A stretch of DNA of 64,000 bases, taken from NCBI GenBank assembly GCA_977030845.1, contig OZ365114.1, forward strand, positions 22,320,001 through 22,384,000, in the 5' to 3' direction. The notes under the pieces were generated by a model that was not told the DNA's origin, ran no database searches, and was given only the letters and a program-made list of their open reading frames with translations. Source of the DNA: Fimbriosthenelais zetlandica (Eukaryota). This document shows, piece after piece, positions 1-13,406 of this stretch; position 1 is the stretch's first letter, and every line of letters begins with the position of its first letter. Made by a program: the position numbers and the translations under genes.

Positions 1-2373
1 AAGATATATTTTTCAGCACGTCAATATTATATTTGTGTTTGAGATTGAAGATTTAACCATATCCTTAATCTTTCAGTAAACCACATCTAGCTTTTCTCTA
101 ATCCAACCACCTTCTCCCACCCTTTTGTCAGTTTCTAAAGATTTTCATGTCTTTTATACATTCACTGGGCCCAATACCAACAGTGCGGGCTGTGTCTTAT
201 TCTCTATCCTTCACAATGTGGGCGTCTATTCATCGTTCAATAAAACATTCAAATATCAAACTCATGGAATAACGGTCCAAGGTGGTGACTACCAGTGCGA
301 GTAAATAGCATTGCTTTAAATACATGCCTTTGACGACCAGTGGCCATGAACATTCACCGATTGCCCTTTAAATGGTTCTTAGAAAATCCAAATAATATAT
401 GATAAAGTGAGTGATTCTGTGGAATGAAACCCATTGTGTAATGACCGTATTTTGTGTTCAGATGAGTAATACGTAGCTGAAATATGTAGTCTGTAGAAAC
501 CAAAGACAATTCGTGATATCGCCCTACTAGATCTTACTAGGAAGCTATTCATGTACATGATAACCAGAGCTAGCTTCATTCAGAGCTTGTTATTTTGCTT
601 TTTGAAAAACAAATATGAAAATAGACGCTACGAAAGTTAGTGTCTAATTTATACGTCATGGCTGTTGCAAACGACAAGTACACAGAAACTGATGACGTCA
701 CAAGCCGTATGCATGTAAACGACGTGCGTTTAAGAAATGATCGAGAGCACTTGCTTTGCCAAAAGTGGTTGTGTACATGGTGCAGATCGGGAAAAATTTT
801 CCCAACCGCTCATTGGAACGCCTTTTGTCACTATTATAGCATTTTTCACCGCCATTTAACCTTTAAGCCACGAGCCAATGATGGGGAGATCCTTTGGTCT
901 TTGTGAAGTCCAATCTAACGTATAGAGAGACATGGGAAAATACAAGTCGGGCGTAATGTATTATGTATAGGGAGCAATTCAACGTTTACGTGCATATACA
1001 TCGCCTACCAAGCTCGCGGTTCAAACCGGCATTGCCGATTGTTTTCCTATTGTGCTCGATATGAATTCTTTATGTCCTTTTTCTGATGGGCACAGAATAG
1101 ACGTGAACCAACCTTTGAGGACAGGCCATCAGGTGGAGCTGCAGATTATTGGACCAATTGTATGGAGTCGTTGTTGTCGCAGCAATTTATGAATGGATGT
1201 GATCTATTAGGATAAAAACTCTGCTGTGAGACCTAAATGCCATCCCATGTATCATACAGTAATATGAATGCGGTTTACAATTGTCATTGTCGGCGGCCGT
1301 CCGGGCCAACAAATAGATGCCGTAGGAATTATTTCTGATCAAATCTTTTGTGTTTTCTCAAAAGAGACTCAAAAGAGAGCCGGCATTGACGTTTGTCTGC
1401 ATGTATTGCACTGTAATCTCTTGCTGGTTTATTGTGGGGACTACCAAAATCATCAAGCGGCTTCACAAAATTTGAGAGAAAATGCATGAAACATAATAAC
1501 AAATGTTTTACCAAATCCTTGAACCTAGGAATTGATGCCATTCTATATTATGAGTAATAGATGATCATCGTTAATAGAACATAATGTGGGCTACTTCATG
1601 GAATAAAAATATAATGCTTTTTTTTTTTTACTCTTTTTGAAAAACAAAGCCCCCGACCAGCTGCTGAAATCTGATAACAATTAGTATACTATTTCACCTG
1701 GTAAATAATGTGATATATCAGCCATTTCTTTATTATGTTGGCCTTTCAGATTGATTTGATTTATTGACTGATCCATTATGTTATCTTTTTTTATCGCTTT
1801 CAATTGCAGTTTTGCACTGATGTTTAGCTTTATGTGGTTATTTGGATCTCTCCGCATTTGATGATAATTTTCAGTCTGTTCAGGTGTTGGTCTGTTGGGC
1901 TTCAGGTTGGTTGACTGAGAATTGGATAAGAATTCAGCTGGGTATGACCCAGACTATGCCAAGCGCTGCTGGGCTCTGCAACTACAAATCAATGTGAGGA
2001 TAGTTATCAAGGTCATTGAAAATATCAAGACTGTCGAAGCAACTGAACAGGTGACTTCGACTTGAGTGGGTTTAAACCCAGGCTCTGTTCATCACATTAT
2101 GCGGTTTGATTTTATATCCATTTTTCAATGTATGGGTTGGATATACATTTGATGGACTCAGTTCTGGTAGTCTCTCTCCTTTCATCTCCTTCTTCTTCAT
2201 TGCTGATTTACAGCATGCCCTGGTGGTAGGGAGGTGAACACTTGTAAGAAGGACCTCCTTACCAAAACCTCCCTACTTCTGGAGAGGGGAGAAAAAGAAG
2301 GGGCACCCAGTGTCACTCTATCTCTCCACTCACTCATTATCAGGCCTATCAAATACCCCCCTTTCAATAGAGC

Positions 2374-2386
2374 CCACTAGATGGCA
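2374..2386 (+). promoter_or_regulatory. CTCF-like motif
   Basis: CCACTAGATGGCA is a perfect match to the CCRCNAGRKGGCR core consensus. Motif only. Confidence 0.4.
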
Positions 2387-5300
2387 CCCTCCACACAATA
2401 CCTAGAAGCCAGACCTTTTGTCTACTATTTCAACAATTCCCGCACGTGGTCAAGTCGGTGTCTTGTTGGTTTAGAAAGGAGGCGGGCGGGTTGAGATGGC
2501 TTTCAATTTGTTTTCCTCCCAATCGGTTTGAGTTTGGGGTGTCAGGTCCGGGGTAGAGTTAGGGAGCGGAGAGGGCATCTTTTACACGACTCGTACCTGC
2601 ACAAACTCAGTATGAATAGTGTGAATATCACAGGTAATAAAAACATATTCCCCTGAAAAGTGAAACCACCTTGTCTTCTACATGAGTGAAGGCCCTTCTT
2701 TCATGCGTTTGAGAGGCACGTTGACTGCAGCAAATGGCATTTCTTTTCGGGTTGCTGCGCTTTGTGTGATATGATCAGAGTATCTCGTTCCTGGAGGTCT
2801 TCTAGCTCTCCCCACTCCTCCTCACCTATATTTGACGTTAGTCCTCTCCTCGGTTTAGTCTTTCAGGCCTTCACTAGAGCTGTCTAGATTCACCCACATG
2901 AGGTGCAGGCAGCCATTGAAATGCTTCATAGTACTTTTGTCCAGGGACAAATATTAATACATCTAATCGCCGAGTCGGTACAATAGTGCGACCGCTGCAC
3001 CCAGTGTGCACGTTTATTTGTGGGGCCTTTTCAAACGGCAATGGGTCTTTTGTTGTTTTGTGTGAGTTTGAATGGCCGTGAGGGGCCTGGTCTGGGCTGG
3101 CTTTTGTGTGGGCAAGTCCGGGCTCTCTTTCTCTCTTTTTCTATCCTCATCTCTCTCTATCCAGCCGTGTACACAGTACAGGCACACTGCGGGCATTTTG
3201 AATCATTGGATTGACCAGCCCTCCTCTTATAACTGACGAAGGTCGACCAGCTTTTTAAGCTGTCTGAAGGCACTATATTGAGTCTGGGTCTGTATCAAGG
3301 TTGCTCAAGGTTCATTTCAGCTTCGGAAATTCCTTATAATAACATGGCTCTGTGCGGGCCCCCTCCCCATTTTCCCATTCTCTATGAAATATTCATATAT
3401 ACGCCTTTCGTCATTTTCTCACATTGGTCATTCTGTCTCCATATCACTTTAATAGTCTTTCTGCATTCCAACACTGCTAATCCTGGACCAGCTATTGGCA
3501 AGGACTATACTCTTTCATTCACACACCCGCTGACCAAGTCCCCATGCAACCTTCTCTGTTAAATCCACATGAGAGACCATCAGTGAGGAGGGGGTTGATC
3601 TGTTTGGTCCACTACCTTATAAAGTAAAGCTACTCCCTCCTCCTGTTCATCCTTAGGCCCTCTTCACCATGATTGAGTCCCTTGAGTTGCGATTGCAAGG
3701 TCTAGAGCTGGTTGTGCTAATGTATTTATTCGGCGTGTTTGTGCGCGGGGTTTGTAGTTTAATAACATGCCCATTGAGGACCACTCTTATCACCGGGCCC
3801 TATTCACCAAGGCATTTATTGGAACACCTTTCACAGCGAGGCGCATTGAAGCCTTTCTTAGCGCGCTGTTTGCAGCTATTTATCCGCGAGTGAATGCTGC
3901 GTAGCCATCCATTGGGCTTTGTGCGACCTGTGGGCCCCCATTGTCATGCTGATCAAGCGTATTAACACCATTGTGCCCACCTGAATGCCCCTGAATGCCA
4001 TCGAACCCCTCTTGATCGCACTTCGTTTATATTTGTCGTCCCAACCCAAAGGGGCTCGATGTTTTATTTATTTCCGCGGATAATGGAACTGAATTGCTTG
4101 TTATTTCTAGTCTCTTATACCAGCACATTTCTTTTCTGATAATTAATACGGGCAACAAGGAGCATGAATAGAAGCCTGGGAGCCTTATAGAGTGACTTGA
4201 GCAGGGTGCACAATGGACATTTGAAGGGAATGGAGAGAGGGTATTGTGCCCGGGGTGGGCCTATTGTGAGCGTCCTGCACCACCATTTCAATCCTCACAC
4301 TTGCCTATAGAATCCAGGCGGCTCCCTTGCCACACATGACTACACAGCCACCAATGGGGCATTTTCGGGCAAACTGTACAAAACTTTACAGCAAATATGC
4401 CCGATTGAGCCCATAGAATGACCCCCTTCAGCTGGGGTATGAGTAAGACGATTGCAACAAACACTGCATTCAAAAGGCCTATAGTACTTGTGACAGCCAG
4501 CGTAAGCGACCCCCACACAAATGCGATGTAATTTCCTCGATTTTTCTCACCCGTCTTCGATGGAAATCCCGCCTCGGAGTATAGGGTGTCAGTGGATTGC
4601 AATGAAACAAACATTGCCCCCCACAGTTTCCATCATTACAACCCATCCTCCACCTCATAGTATGGCGTCAAGTACATTTCATCCGATAATATTTGCTTGT
4701 ATTTCACACCTAAAGTCAGTCCCAGGCAGGAGTTGTTGGGATTTAGATGTAATGATGCAAAATAAATAAGTCTGAAGTATACTTCATAGGAGAAGCTATA
4801 TAAATCAACTTTCAACATCTTGCAGAAGTGTTTGTATTTGAAGATGATGAATAACGATTGTATATATAGGGATCTCCCCTTATAAAAGGCATGCACTGTG
4901 GACAGCCTTTGTAAAGATTTTATCTTTCCTGATATCAGTATTACTACCCAGCCTCATTTATACAGGACCTCCAACACACGTTAACGTCAGTGTGCACCCT
5001 TCAGTGTGCACCCTTCCCTGCTCATTTAAGCCATGATAATAACTCTCATCAGTTTCTATGTGTTTATGACTCAAGGCCTTTTTGTCTCCATGATCAGCAT
5101 TATTGTTCTTTAATCCTTTGTGGCTCTCAGTACTTTATTAGTGTGCAGTGTAATCAGCGTCAGGTGTGCCTTACTCACCTTTCACACCCCATCATCTCAT
5201 ATTCTCCCACATTCTATTTTAATATGATTTACTTTACTCAAATTTTGACATTTACCCTAATAAATCCAAATTCCTTTTATTCCCCCGAAAAAACGTATCA

Positions 5301-8300
5301 ATACGGGTCGTTATGCGACTGGTGATATATATATACAGCGGTTAAATGAATCACCAAACTTATGTTGAAATACATTCTACTGACTTGCTAATTCAGGCTG
5401 TGTAATTTAGTGCACCTCGCGTGATATATTCTCTTCACATGGTAGGCGTCAGATCTCTTAATTTATACCAACCGATTCATCCATGATGTCTCTTTAAAAA
5501 CACGTTTTATACCAATCCGTCATGGAGAACATTAAACTTTAGGCTCCTAGCTTTTCAATGCTCAGCTTTTCTTTCATCCACACATTTTTTGTGGATGAAT
5601 TTATACAGCGCGGCTATTGAGATGGATGTATTGCACAAGTGTGGTGTTGTCAGGGTGGTTTGTTCTACGTTACAGACACGCAGTTTCCAATGTATTGGAC
5701 ACGCAATGATTGTATTGTAAATGTGCCTGTAGTCACTCTATGTTTCCCATCTGTTGATAATGCTGTTATTCAGGTTCTAAAAACAGAATTTCACAACACC
5801 TTGCATGTTCTCCCTCCCGAATTAAAACCCGCGCCCATCGACGCCCCTTTCCTATTCCATGAGGAAACAAATAATTCACCTTTTTCCGTCAAATATCTCA
5901 ATGGATGTCAACAATTCATGTCCGTTCCCCTTTTGAAAACTGGTAGCATATTTTTGCTCAATTCACGTGGAGTTCTCGTGGCTTTTGAGGGAGAGACAAT
6001 GTCCTAGACATAGTAAAACACTGTCATTACACCATTCACAACGCATGTTACCGTCTGCCAGTCTCTTCCAGCAAAAGCGCCTGCGCTCTTTTCACAGGCC
6101 TCTGCCTTTTTTATGGGTGCTCCGCCTAAAGTGCGTCACTTACACTAATGAATAGAGACAATTTCTCCGCTATAATACAATTAACTTCTTAACGAGGTTT
6201 GCCAGTTGTATACGCATGCTACCGCTCGAGTATTATGAGATGCTGTAGAGTTTACAAATAGAGAACAATTACCTGCAGGAGCGCCTATTATCGCCCATGA
6301 GAGGCAGCGAATATTATGGGATTAGATTTTGAGTGGAATTGTTGGGTGTTGCTTAGAAACAAAGCGACATTAACATCTTCCATGCATTATTCATTATTTG
6401 AAGTTATGCGTTGGCTTTCTTTGTTAATTGGGCTTCGTAATGAATCTGTCTTCGGAGGATGTGGAAATTCATTTCTGGGTGAATGCTATTAAAGTCAATT
6501 TATCTACAAATTAAGGACTGCGGTGCTTGTAGTTCCATGTCTTTGGATGTGTTTCCAGTTGTGTTGGAATCGTAGGTAATTGTAGTTCAACTGAGAGGGG
6601 CCTGATGTGTTTATTGGTCTGCTCAATACTTAAATTTTCTACGTAATCGTCCATTCACCCTGCGGTGGGTTCATGGCGGATAACGATATGTTGCTTTTTA
6701 ATTGGAATATGCCACCTAATGCATTCTGAATCGATTATGGTGTTTAATAAAACTATTGGCGTGCTCCTTCAGTGTTCGATCAGTTAAATACTGGATGAAT
6801 ATAGATTGGAAATCTACAGCTATAGTGAAAGACGATATGAAAACTTTTCTGACTTCAATACTTGTATTTCAAAGAAACAAATAATAACAATCATATAACA
6901 CATACATCATTATATACGACTCTAGAAATGATTCAGTCATCCATCTAAAATGATTATAATATATCAGTAAACCACCAACTTCTGACAAGAGTTAAGTTAT
7001 TTCACAAAATATTTCATCTTGTTAATTGTATAGCTTATCACATCAAGGTCATGGTCTCTCGGGATAAGTTTTAATCTTCCTTACGTCCCATCTTCTCAAT
7101 GATTGCAAACTTTAAGTTGAATCTCTCAAATTAAATACTGCATGTTTATACGTTATATTAACGATAATGTCTTTACTTCTTTCACTTGCACGGACTATGA
7201 TTCAATCAGAATACCAGTGCTCATTAGTTGAAAATAGAGATATATGTACATAAAGCAAGTGTTTTAATTCTCCAATATATATTAAATTGAGATTGAAATA
7301 AACAGTTATTCTAAAGATCTATTTTTAGACTAAACCTCCATTTTATATCACGAGAAGTGAAAGAGTCAACATTTTGGCATTGAGTAATAATTCTTGTCCT
7401 GACGTAGCTAGATATTATTTTCACCACAACTAGGGGGTCGTCAAATGAAACATACATGCAGAGAATTGATTAATTCCTCTGTCATTGCCTTTCATATCTA
7501 TAACAGTCGCATTTGTCAATATGCGCAATTAGTTAGTAGGCCCTACATACAATATTATATTTTCCGTCCTGATTGTGATTTAAAGGCTGGGACGAAGGTT
7601 GTTTCAAATAGAACATTTCAGGTAAAGTTGATTTTATAATTGTGTCAAAAAGCTTTTTGACACAATTGGTATGCAGAGACGTCAATCGACACATTATGGA
7701 TTGACGTCTGTGCATACCGCATATAGCGGACTCCAGCCTAATTTACACATACAGAGAATGGTATGTCATCTTCATTATGGCTATATATAATAACTGTACA
7801 TAATCATTAAGCCGCGGGGCCAGCTCTAGTCTTCCAATAATATAAAGCGCAATACATTTACAGGCTTTTCCTAGAAACTAAAATATAATTCATTTGGAGA
7901 CAGTTAGTCTCTCCAATTAAGTCATGGGTTATACACAGAATGGGGTATAAGTATCAAAATACACTGCATTGTCCAATCACTTCACTGCCATCAGTTGAAC
8001 CTAATGGGATGTTTCTGAGAAAGAGATGCCTTGCCATTACGCATAGACATGCCTTGGTTAATGGCGCGCGCCTTCATAACCTTGTTCAATGGAACAATAA
8101 GCCAAAACCAGCAAAAAAAGTAAATGGTTTTATACCCACTGATTCCAACATTTCATGTAACTGTGGAAAACTGACTAAGGAATAATTAGCCAAGACTTTC
8201 GAATTTATAAAAGGTAGTTTTGAAGGAAACTCGATTCTTAGCTATAAGAATGAGAGGTATATTACTACATGAAAGAGATGTTAATTTAGAGGCAGTCATA

Positions 8301-9301
8301 ATATAATTCGGACAATCTATAGGACTGTCCATCAATGACAGGTATACAATGGGTATATGAAACCAATTTCCTTGCGAGGTACTACAGCCATTCACTCAAG
8401 CAATACATGCATTCATAGAATAGTTAGCTTGGCAGGTGTTAACAACGGGATAAAACCATCGATTCACACTAATTGTTCATTACCATGGACACACAAATGT
8501 AGCCAACGTGTCCATAGTTCTCAAGCAATTTCCGACCATATATTTGATTGCACTTTTAACAATGTTCATTTTTTTTAAATCCCGAAACAATTTTCCATTG
8601 ATTTCAATATCTTTCCGACCCTCATGGCATCATCCCTTATGCATATGTATGGATTTCTATTCAAAATCATTCAGTAAACTTTAAATATACTTGAAATATC
8701 TCAGTACTCGGAAAAGCTATAATATTATGCCTTTTATATTACAGAAACGATGCAGTTAACCGCGTTAACTTTGTATCCAGTCCAGACTAGCTGATCTACA
8801 ATGGATTTGTCCAGGGGTATGTACACAATACTAACTCTCAGTATCTAATCCAACGATGAGTCTATACTTCAACATTGTGAAAACTCTTCATATATATGAA
8901 CCAAACAACACTCAAAATATTTCTTGCCCATCTCAAATTAAAACCAATATGCATATGAATAGATATATTAATAATATATGTACCAATTTGACAGCACCAT
9001 TGATAACAAAATAACAAGAATTATGATAATGTTATCATCATAATAATTTTGTCATAATTTCTTTTTCAAAGTGAATAGAATATTCCTATTTAAAATCTGG
9101 AAATATATACATGCACCACGTACAATACAAACAATTGCCAATCGTTCATAATTCTATACAATATAATACATTCTGACAATTAAATATTGGTTCTCTTGAC
9201 ACCAACTGTATTTGTGGTAGAAAATATGATAAGATTTCTGATTATCCTATAGTATAGGGGTATATTATTATTTAGGCGTTTTTAGTTTAGTATTGAGTTT
9301 T

Positions 9302-10261
9302 TCAAACTGTACCCTGGAGAGTTGGGATCCGTGGATGATAATGGTCTTCAGGCTTGACCAGTACATAGGCCACGGGTCTGTGAATGTCCTGGGAGGAGGG
9401 GGAAGAGGCAGCTGCCGAGCTAGCCGACCCTGGAGGCATGTAACCTGGAGGACAGCAGAACGGCATATATTGGCTGGCGAGGCCGGCATGGGTGTGAGCT
9501 GCCGCCGGCGGGAGACCGGCGAAGGGCGACCCGTATGGGAACATACTGGAGGCGGCCGCGGCCGTCACGGCACTAGAAGGTAAATCGCCAGTGGCAGCCC
9601 GGAGTGAACTCTCCGCCAGCTTGGAGGCTGATTCAAGATGGGAATACAATGGGGAGGATACTTGGGGGTACCAGGAGCGGACTGCCTTCTCTGTGGCCGC
9701 CATGGCTAGGGTATCAGAGGCAGAAGGGGGCAACCCACCGAGCCCCTGTGCATGCAATCCCATACCCATATTCATACCCAAAGTTCCCATTCCTATCCCC
9801 AGGGAACCACCATACCCTGGAAGCATTGGCAATGGGAATGCATACTTGTCCTTCTTTAGCAGACTTTTGGGCTTGCGTCTGGGTCTGTACTTGTAGTCAG
9901 GATGCTCTTTCATGTGTAATGCCCTCAATCGTTTGGCTTCGTCAATGAATGGTCTCTTCTGCTCATCGGTCAAAAGTTTCCAGTCTGCGCCAAGTCTCTT
10001 TGAGATTTCTGAGTTGTGCATCTTTGGATTTTCCTGGGCCATTTTCCTCCGTTGACCTCTGGACCACACCATGAAGGCGTTCATGGGGCGTTTAACATGA
10101 TCAGATGATGAGGAGGAGGAGGACGGGCAGGTTCCACCACTTGATGAGCTAGGTGATATAGGTGGTGATAAACTACCTGCCTGAGACATCATACTGCTGC
10201 ACGACTGAGACATCATGTGGTGGACACTGCTGCCCTGCGATAACAATCCTGGTCCATCCAT
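9302..10261 (-). CDS. SoxB2: SoxB2 (Sox14/Sox21-like) HMG-box transcription factor, copy A, 319 aa, single coding exon
   Basis: Complete HMG box [41 protein letters not shown]...[11 protein letters not shown], followed by the group-B motif [14 protein letters not shown]. Downstream SoxB2-type motifs, compared with Sox14/21 from memory: LHA..GG, EKA.R..PQ, SKLAE, YMP.C, PVAYVL. The first ATG is at 10261; the track's 10300 start is a TTG. Confidence 0.95.
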   Translation of the reverse strand: MDGPGLLSQGSSVHHMMSQSCSSMMSQAGSLSPPISPSSSSGGTCPSSSSSSSDHVKRPMNAFMVWSRGQRRKMAQENPKMHNSEISKRLGADWKLLTDEQKRPFIDEAKRLRALHMKEHPDYKYRPRRKPKSLLKKDKYAFPLPMLPGYGGSLGIGMGTLGMNMGMGLHAQGLGGLPPSASDTLAMAATEKAVRSWYPQVSSPLYSHLESASKLAESSLRAATGDLPSSAVTAAAASSMFPYGSPFAGLPPAAAHTHAGLASQYMPFCCPPGYMPPGSASSAAASSPSSQDIHRPVAYVLVKPEDHYHPRIPTLQGTV

Positions 10262-10872
10262 GTTTACAAGCAAACAAATGTCACTGGCTACTAGAGTCAA
10301 TATATCTTACTCTGTAAGAATAGATAAGGAAGGATGCAACGACTGACCAGATATACCGTGAAGATTCACTCAGTTCCTGATGATTAAATCTCCTTTATGT
10401 ATTGTGCTGAAATGTTGAGTTCAGTTCTGAATGAATATTTCCACTTGTGAATTAATACTCCAGTGGTTCATTGGATTAACTTGCAATGGATTGTCTTTGG
10501 TCCTGTTATGTGAGTTGACATCTGACAGCTATGCTCCACATGATTTGTGTCCTTTAAGTGTCACTCAGTCAGTTGCTGCTCTGTCACTCTCTCCCTCTCT
10601 GTGTTCCATTCAGGCTTGCTGAATTCCACTTTCCTATTTGGTTCCAAGATTACTGCTGGTTAGATCGTTTCTTTGGTTAAATGCTGGGGCAATCTTGACA
10701 AAATAGAGGTATTTCTTGCAGACTGTCACACACGCACACGATGAGGAGTCTGCTGTGAGTGTGTTAAACGTGTGTTAGTTCTCAGACGATCAGATCTCGA
10801 CTCAACCACCACACACAAGATACCTGGATAGCAGGATAGTACTCGCCTCGCCCTCAGCCATACGCGCCTTAA

Positions 10873-10967
10873 CCAATCACATCGCTGTGCGGGTCTAGGC
10901 CACGCCTCTCCCTTTGTATTTCTCCTGTGATTGGCGCCCCATTGATGGGAAATCTAGATTCTTATTG
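10873..10967 (-). promoter_or_regulatory. Proximal promoter module of SoxB2 copy A
   Basis: CCAAT 10873, CCACGCC (SP/KLF-like) 10900, CTTTGT (Sox) 10912, ATTGG 10930 and a further ATTGG near 10963. It lies about 600 bp upstream of the ATG and has the same layout as the module upstream of copy B. Confidence 0.6.
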
Positions 10968-11351
10968 GCTGCCGGCAGTGCGTGCCTCATTAAACATGTG
11001 AACAGGCAGGGGGTCGGATTCATGTGCTTCTGTGAGTGTTAGAAGTGAGAAATATTGTCTTACTCAATCAACTCGAGAATTAAGAAATGTTTTCGCGCTA
11101 AGGAAACTATTAACACTCTCCAAATGTCTATACTCATCATATAAATTGTGAGAGAGGCCATTAGTTAGAGTTCAAATGCCCAAATCATGACCTTTATAGA
11201 TATATTCATGCACTTGAGACCATTTGTTATGGAGTTAAAGCTACACTATTTTATATTCTTGGTTCTCAATAATCTGTAAAGGTTGCGCCCAAGGAGGTCT
11301 ATTACTCTTTTTCTCAGTCCTAAATAATCTACTAAGGCTGAGCACATGAAA

Positions 11352-11455
11352 TTCTATTAATGCTGCCCTACTTTGTTTCCTGATTGCTGGACACTAGACA
11401 AACTTCTATTAATGCTGCCCTACTTTGTTTACTGATTGCTGGACACTAGACAAAC
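11352..11455. repeat. Tandem duplication of a 52-bp unit (2 copies, 1 mismatch)
   Basis: TTCTATTAATGCTGCCCTACTTTGTTT(C/A)CTGATTGCTGGACACTAGACAAAC at 11352-11403 and 11404-11455. A partial third start occurs near 11478. Confidence 0.95.
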
Positions 11456-13391
11456 TGATAATATTATATGCATGCAATTCTATTAAAGCTGTCCTTCCAT
11501 TGTCCAAGAGTTAACTGTCCTCGAAAACAAATTAATGCTTCCAGACAAACATGCATGTTATAGAAATAGAGGCAGGCAGACAGAAAGAGATTACTCATAT
11601 GGACAGGAATACTAGCTATGGGGCAAATAGAAGTTGTATTGAGAAGATGGACAAAGGCAGAAGACAGGGATGGGGACAGGGACAGAGATACTAGGAGATT
11701 TATACGACTCTCAGTCATTAGAACCCAGTGAATATTCCACCCACAGTTGTAGGGGAAAGTGTTGAGCAACAGCTGTATCTTAGTTCCCGCGCTAAACACT
11801 AGGGGGATGTACTTGTCAGGCGCGCCCCAGTCTCTGGGTTCTTATCTTACCTGCAGATTGTTGGTTCATATAGTTGTAGATTGATACAACTGTACATGTA
11901 TATCGGAGGAAACAATTGAAGAAGTACATGAACATAGAACATCTCATTAAATAGTTCCTTTGTTTGCTTCATGTATTGCCTTTGTAGAAGTAGACAATGC
12001 CCGTGTGTGACATAATACATGTTATGTATTATTAATAACAAAGCTGCACCCATAATGGTCACTATAGGAGATTTAATCACATCCTATAGCTGTGGATCCA
12101 CACCTCAACTTCACAATATTTCACATAATTATAGGTGTTAATTACCCGCCTTTTACCGCATGCATATATTTTCATTCATTCAATGAGAACTGGTGTGAAA
12201 ATATCCATTTATGTTGGAGGATTGCTGCATCATCTTGTCATGAATCAAAGTCCAATGAAAGTGGACATTATTCAGGGACAAATGTATGTAGACAATGCTC
12301 TTGCCTGTGTCTACATACATCCTGGTGTCTGGTGATGCTGTATCATGCTTTCACAGTGTAAATAATGCCTTATGATGCCTCTAACATACTATCTCTATAC
12401 CGTTGAATAATGCCATAGTGGAGAACTATGTAGATGAATAGCGCTATGATGGAGAATAGCACGTGGGATGTTCCGTAATGGATAGACATGGCGGTCGCTA
12501 ATTTTTCCTATAGACATTGTGTCGAAAAGGGAAGTTTATTGTCTCGTTGTTACAGGCCTTTCCAGACCCACTTGAATATTTCACAGGGCTATATATAATC
12601 GCAGTCATGCAGTCTTTCACAGCTCTACAAGGCATCATAATTATTGACCTGTATGTATAGGTATACCATTAATACATGTACAGATATACCTGCAGTTAAC
12701 AGTAACTGCAAATCTATGTTTTATCTACAAAGTTTGGAAGGCACACCTTTCATGGGCACTGCTAGGGTAAATATACACGTATGTGCTGGAATTATTGCAA
12801 TTGAGAACCTAGCTTCTGGTATTAGTCTTATAGCATGTCTGCCGACGTGAGGGTTTTATATACTAATTATCATAATATGAATTGACAGTGTCAATAATAC
12901 ATGAAGATATTTTATATCTAGAGCAAACAAAAGGTTCAGGATCAAAAGCCCTCCGACCCGTGGATCCCCTCAAACTTATCTGATGCAAATCTAAACACAG
13001 AATGTAATAATGCTCCTATCTCAAGCCCAGATTCCCTCTATCTCAAGTTAGTTAATTTTCTCCTTCCTGTTCTGGCACTTACGTGTAACCACTCTATACA
13101 ATATAAACTATATTATGTTATGTCTCCTACAAAGGGACGTTGATAAACCCTAACCCTATGCCTAATCCGAAAAATAATAGATTTTTGAACGTGTACAAAT
13201 GAAATGATATGTCTCACACCTAGTTTAACTTATTTTAGATTTATTTGTTTTTGACACAATATATATCCTATTATTTAGACCCACGTGAGGTGTCTAATTG
13301 CATGTTTGCTCTTCATGCAACTAATCATAAATATATGAAGGACTGAACACAAAGGAAGCTGTCTCAAACAGTAATTACATGTATTATTTTT

Positions 13392-13406
13392 TATTGTTAT
13401 GCTAAA
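13392..13406 (+). promoter_or_regulatory. Sox-POU composite motif candidate
   Basis: TATTGTTATGCTAAA resembles the CWTTGTNATGCWAAT Sox-Oct composite. The context is AT-rich, so chance is possible. Confidence 0.3.

Noticed and set aside
9293-9948. Antisense and alternative-frame ORFs over copy A (likewise 58241-59155 over copy B)
   Set aside because: Shadow ORFs expected from GC-rich coding sequence.
10262-10300. 13-residue N-terminal extension of copy A in the ORF track
   Set aside because: It begins at TTG; the first ATG is at 10261.
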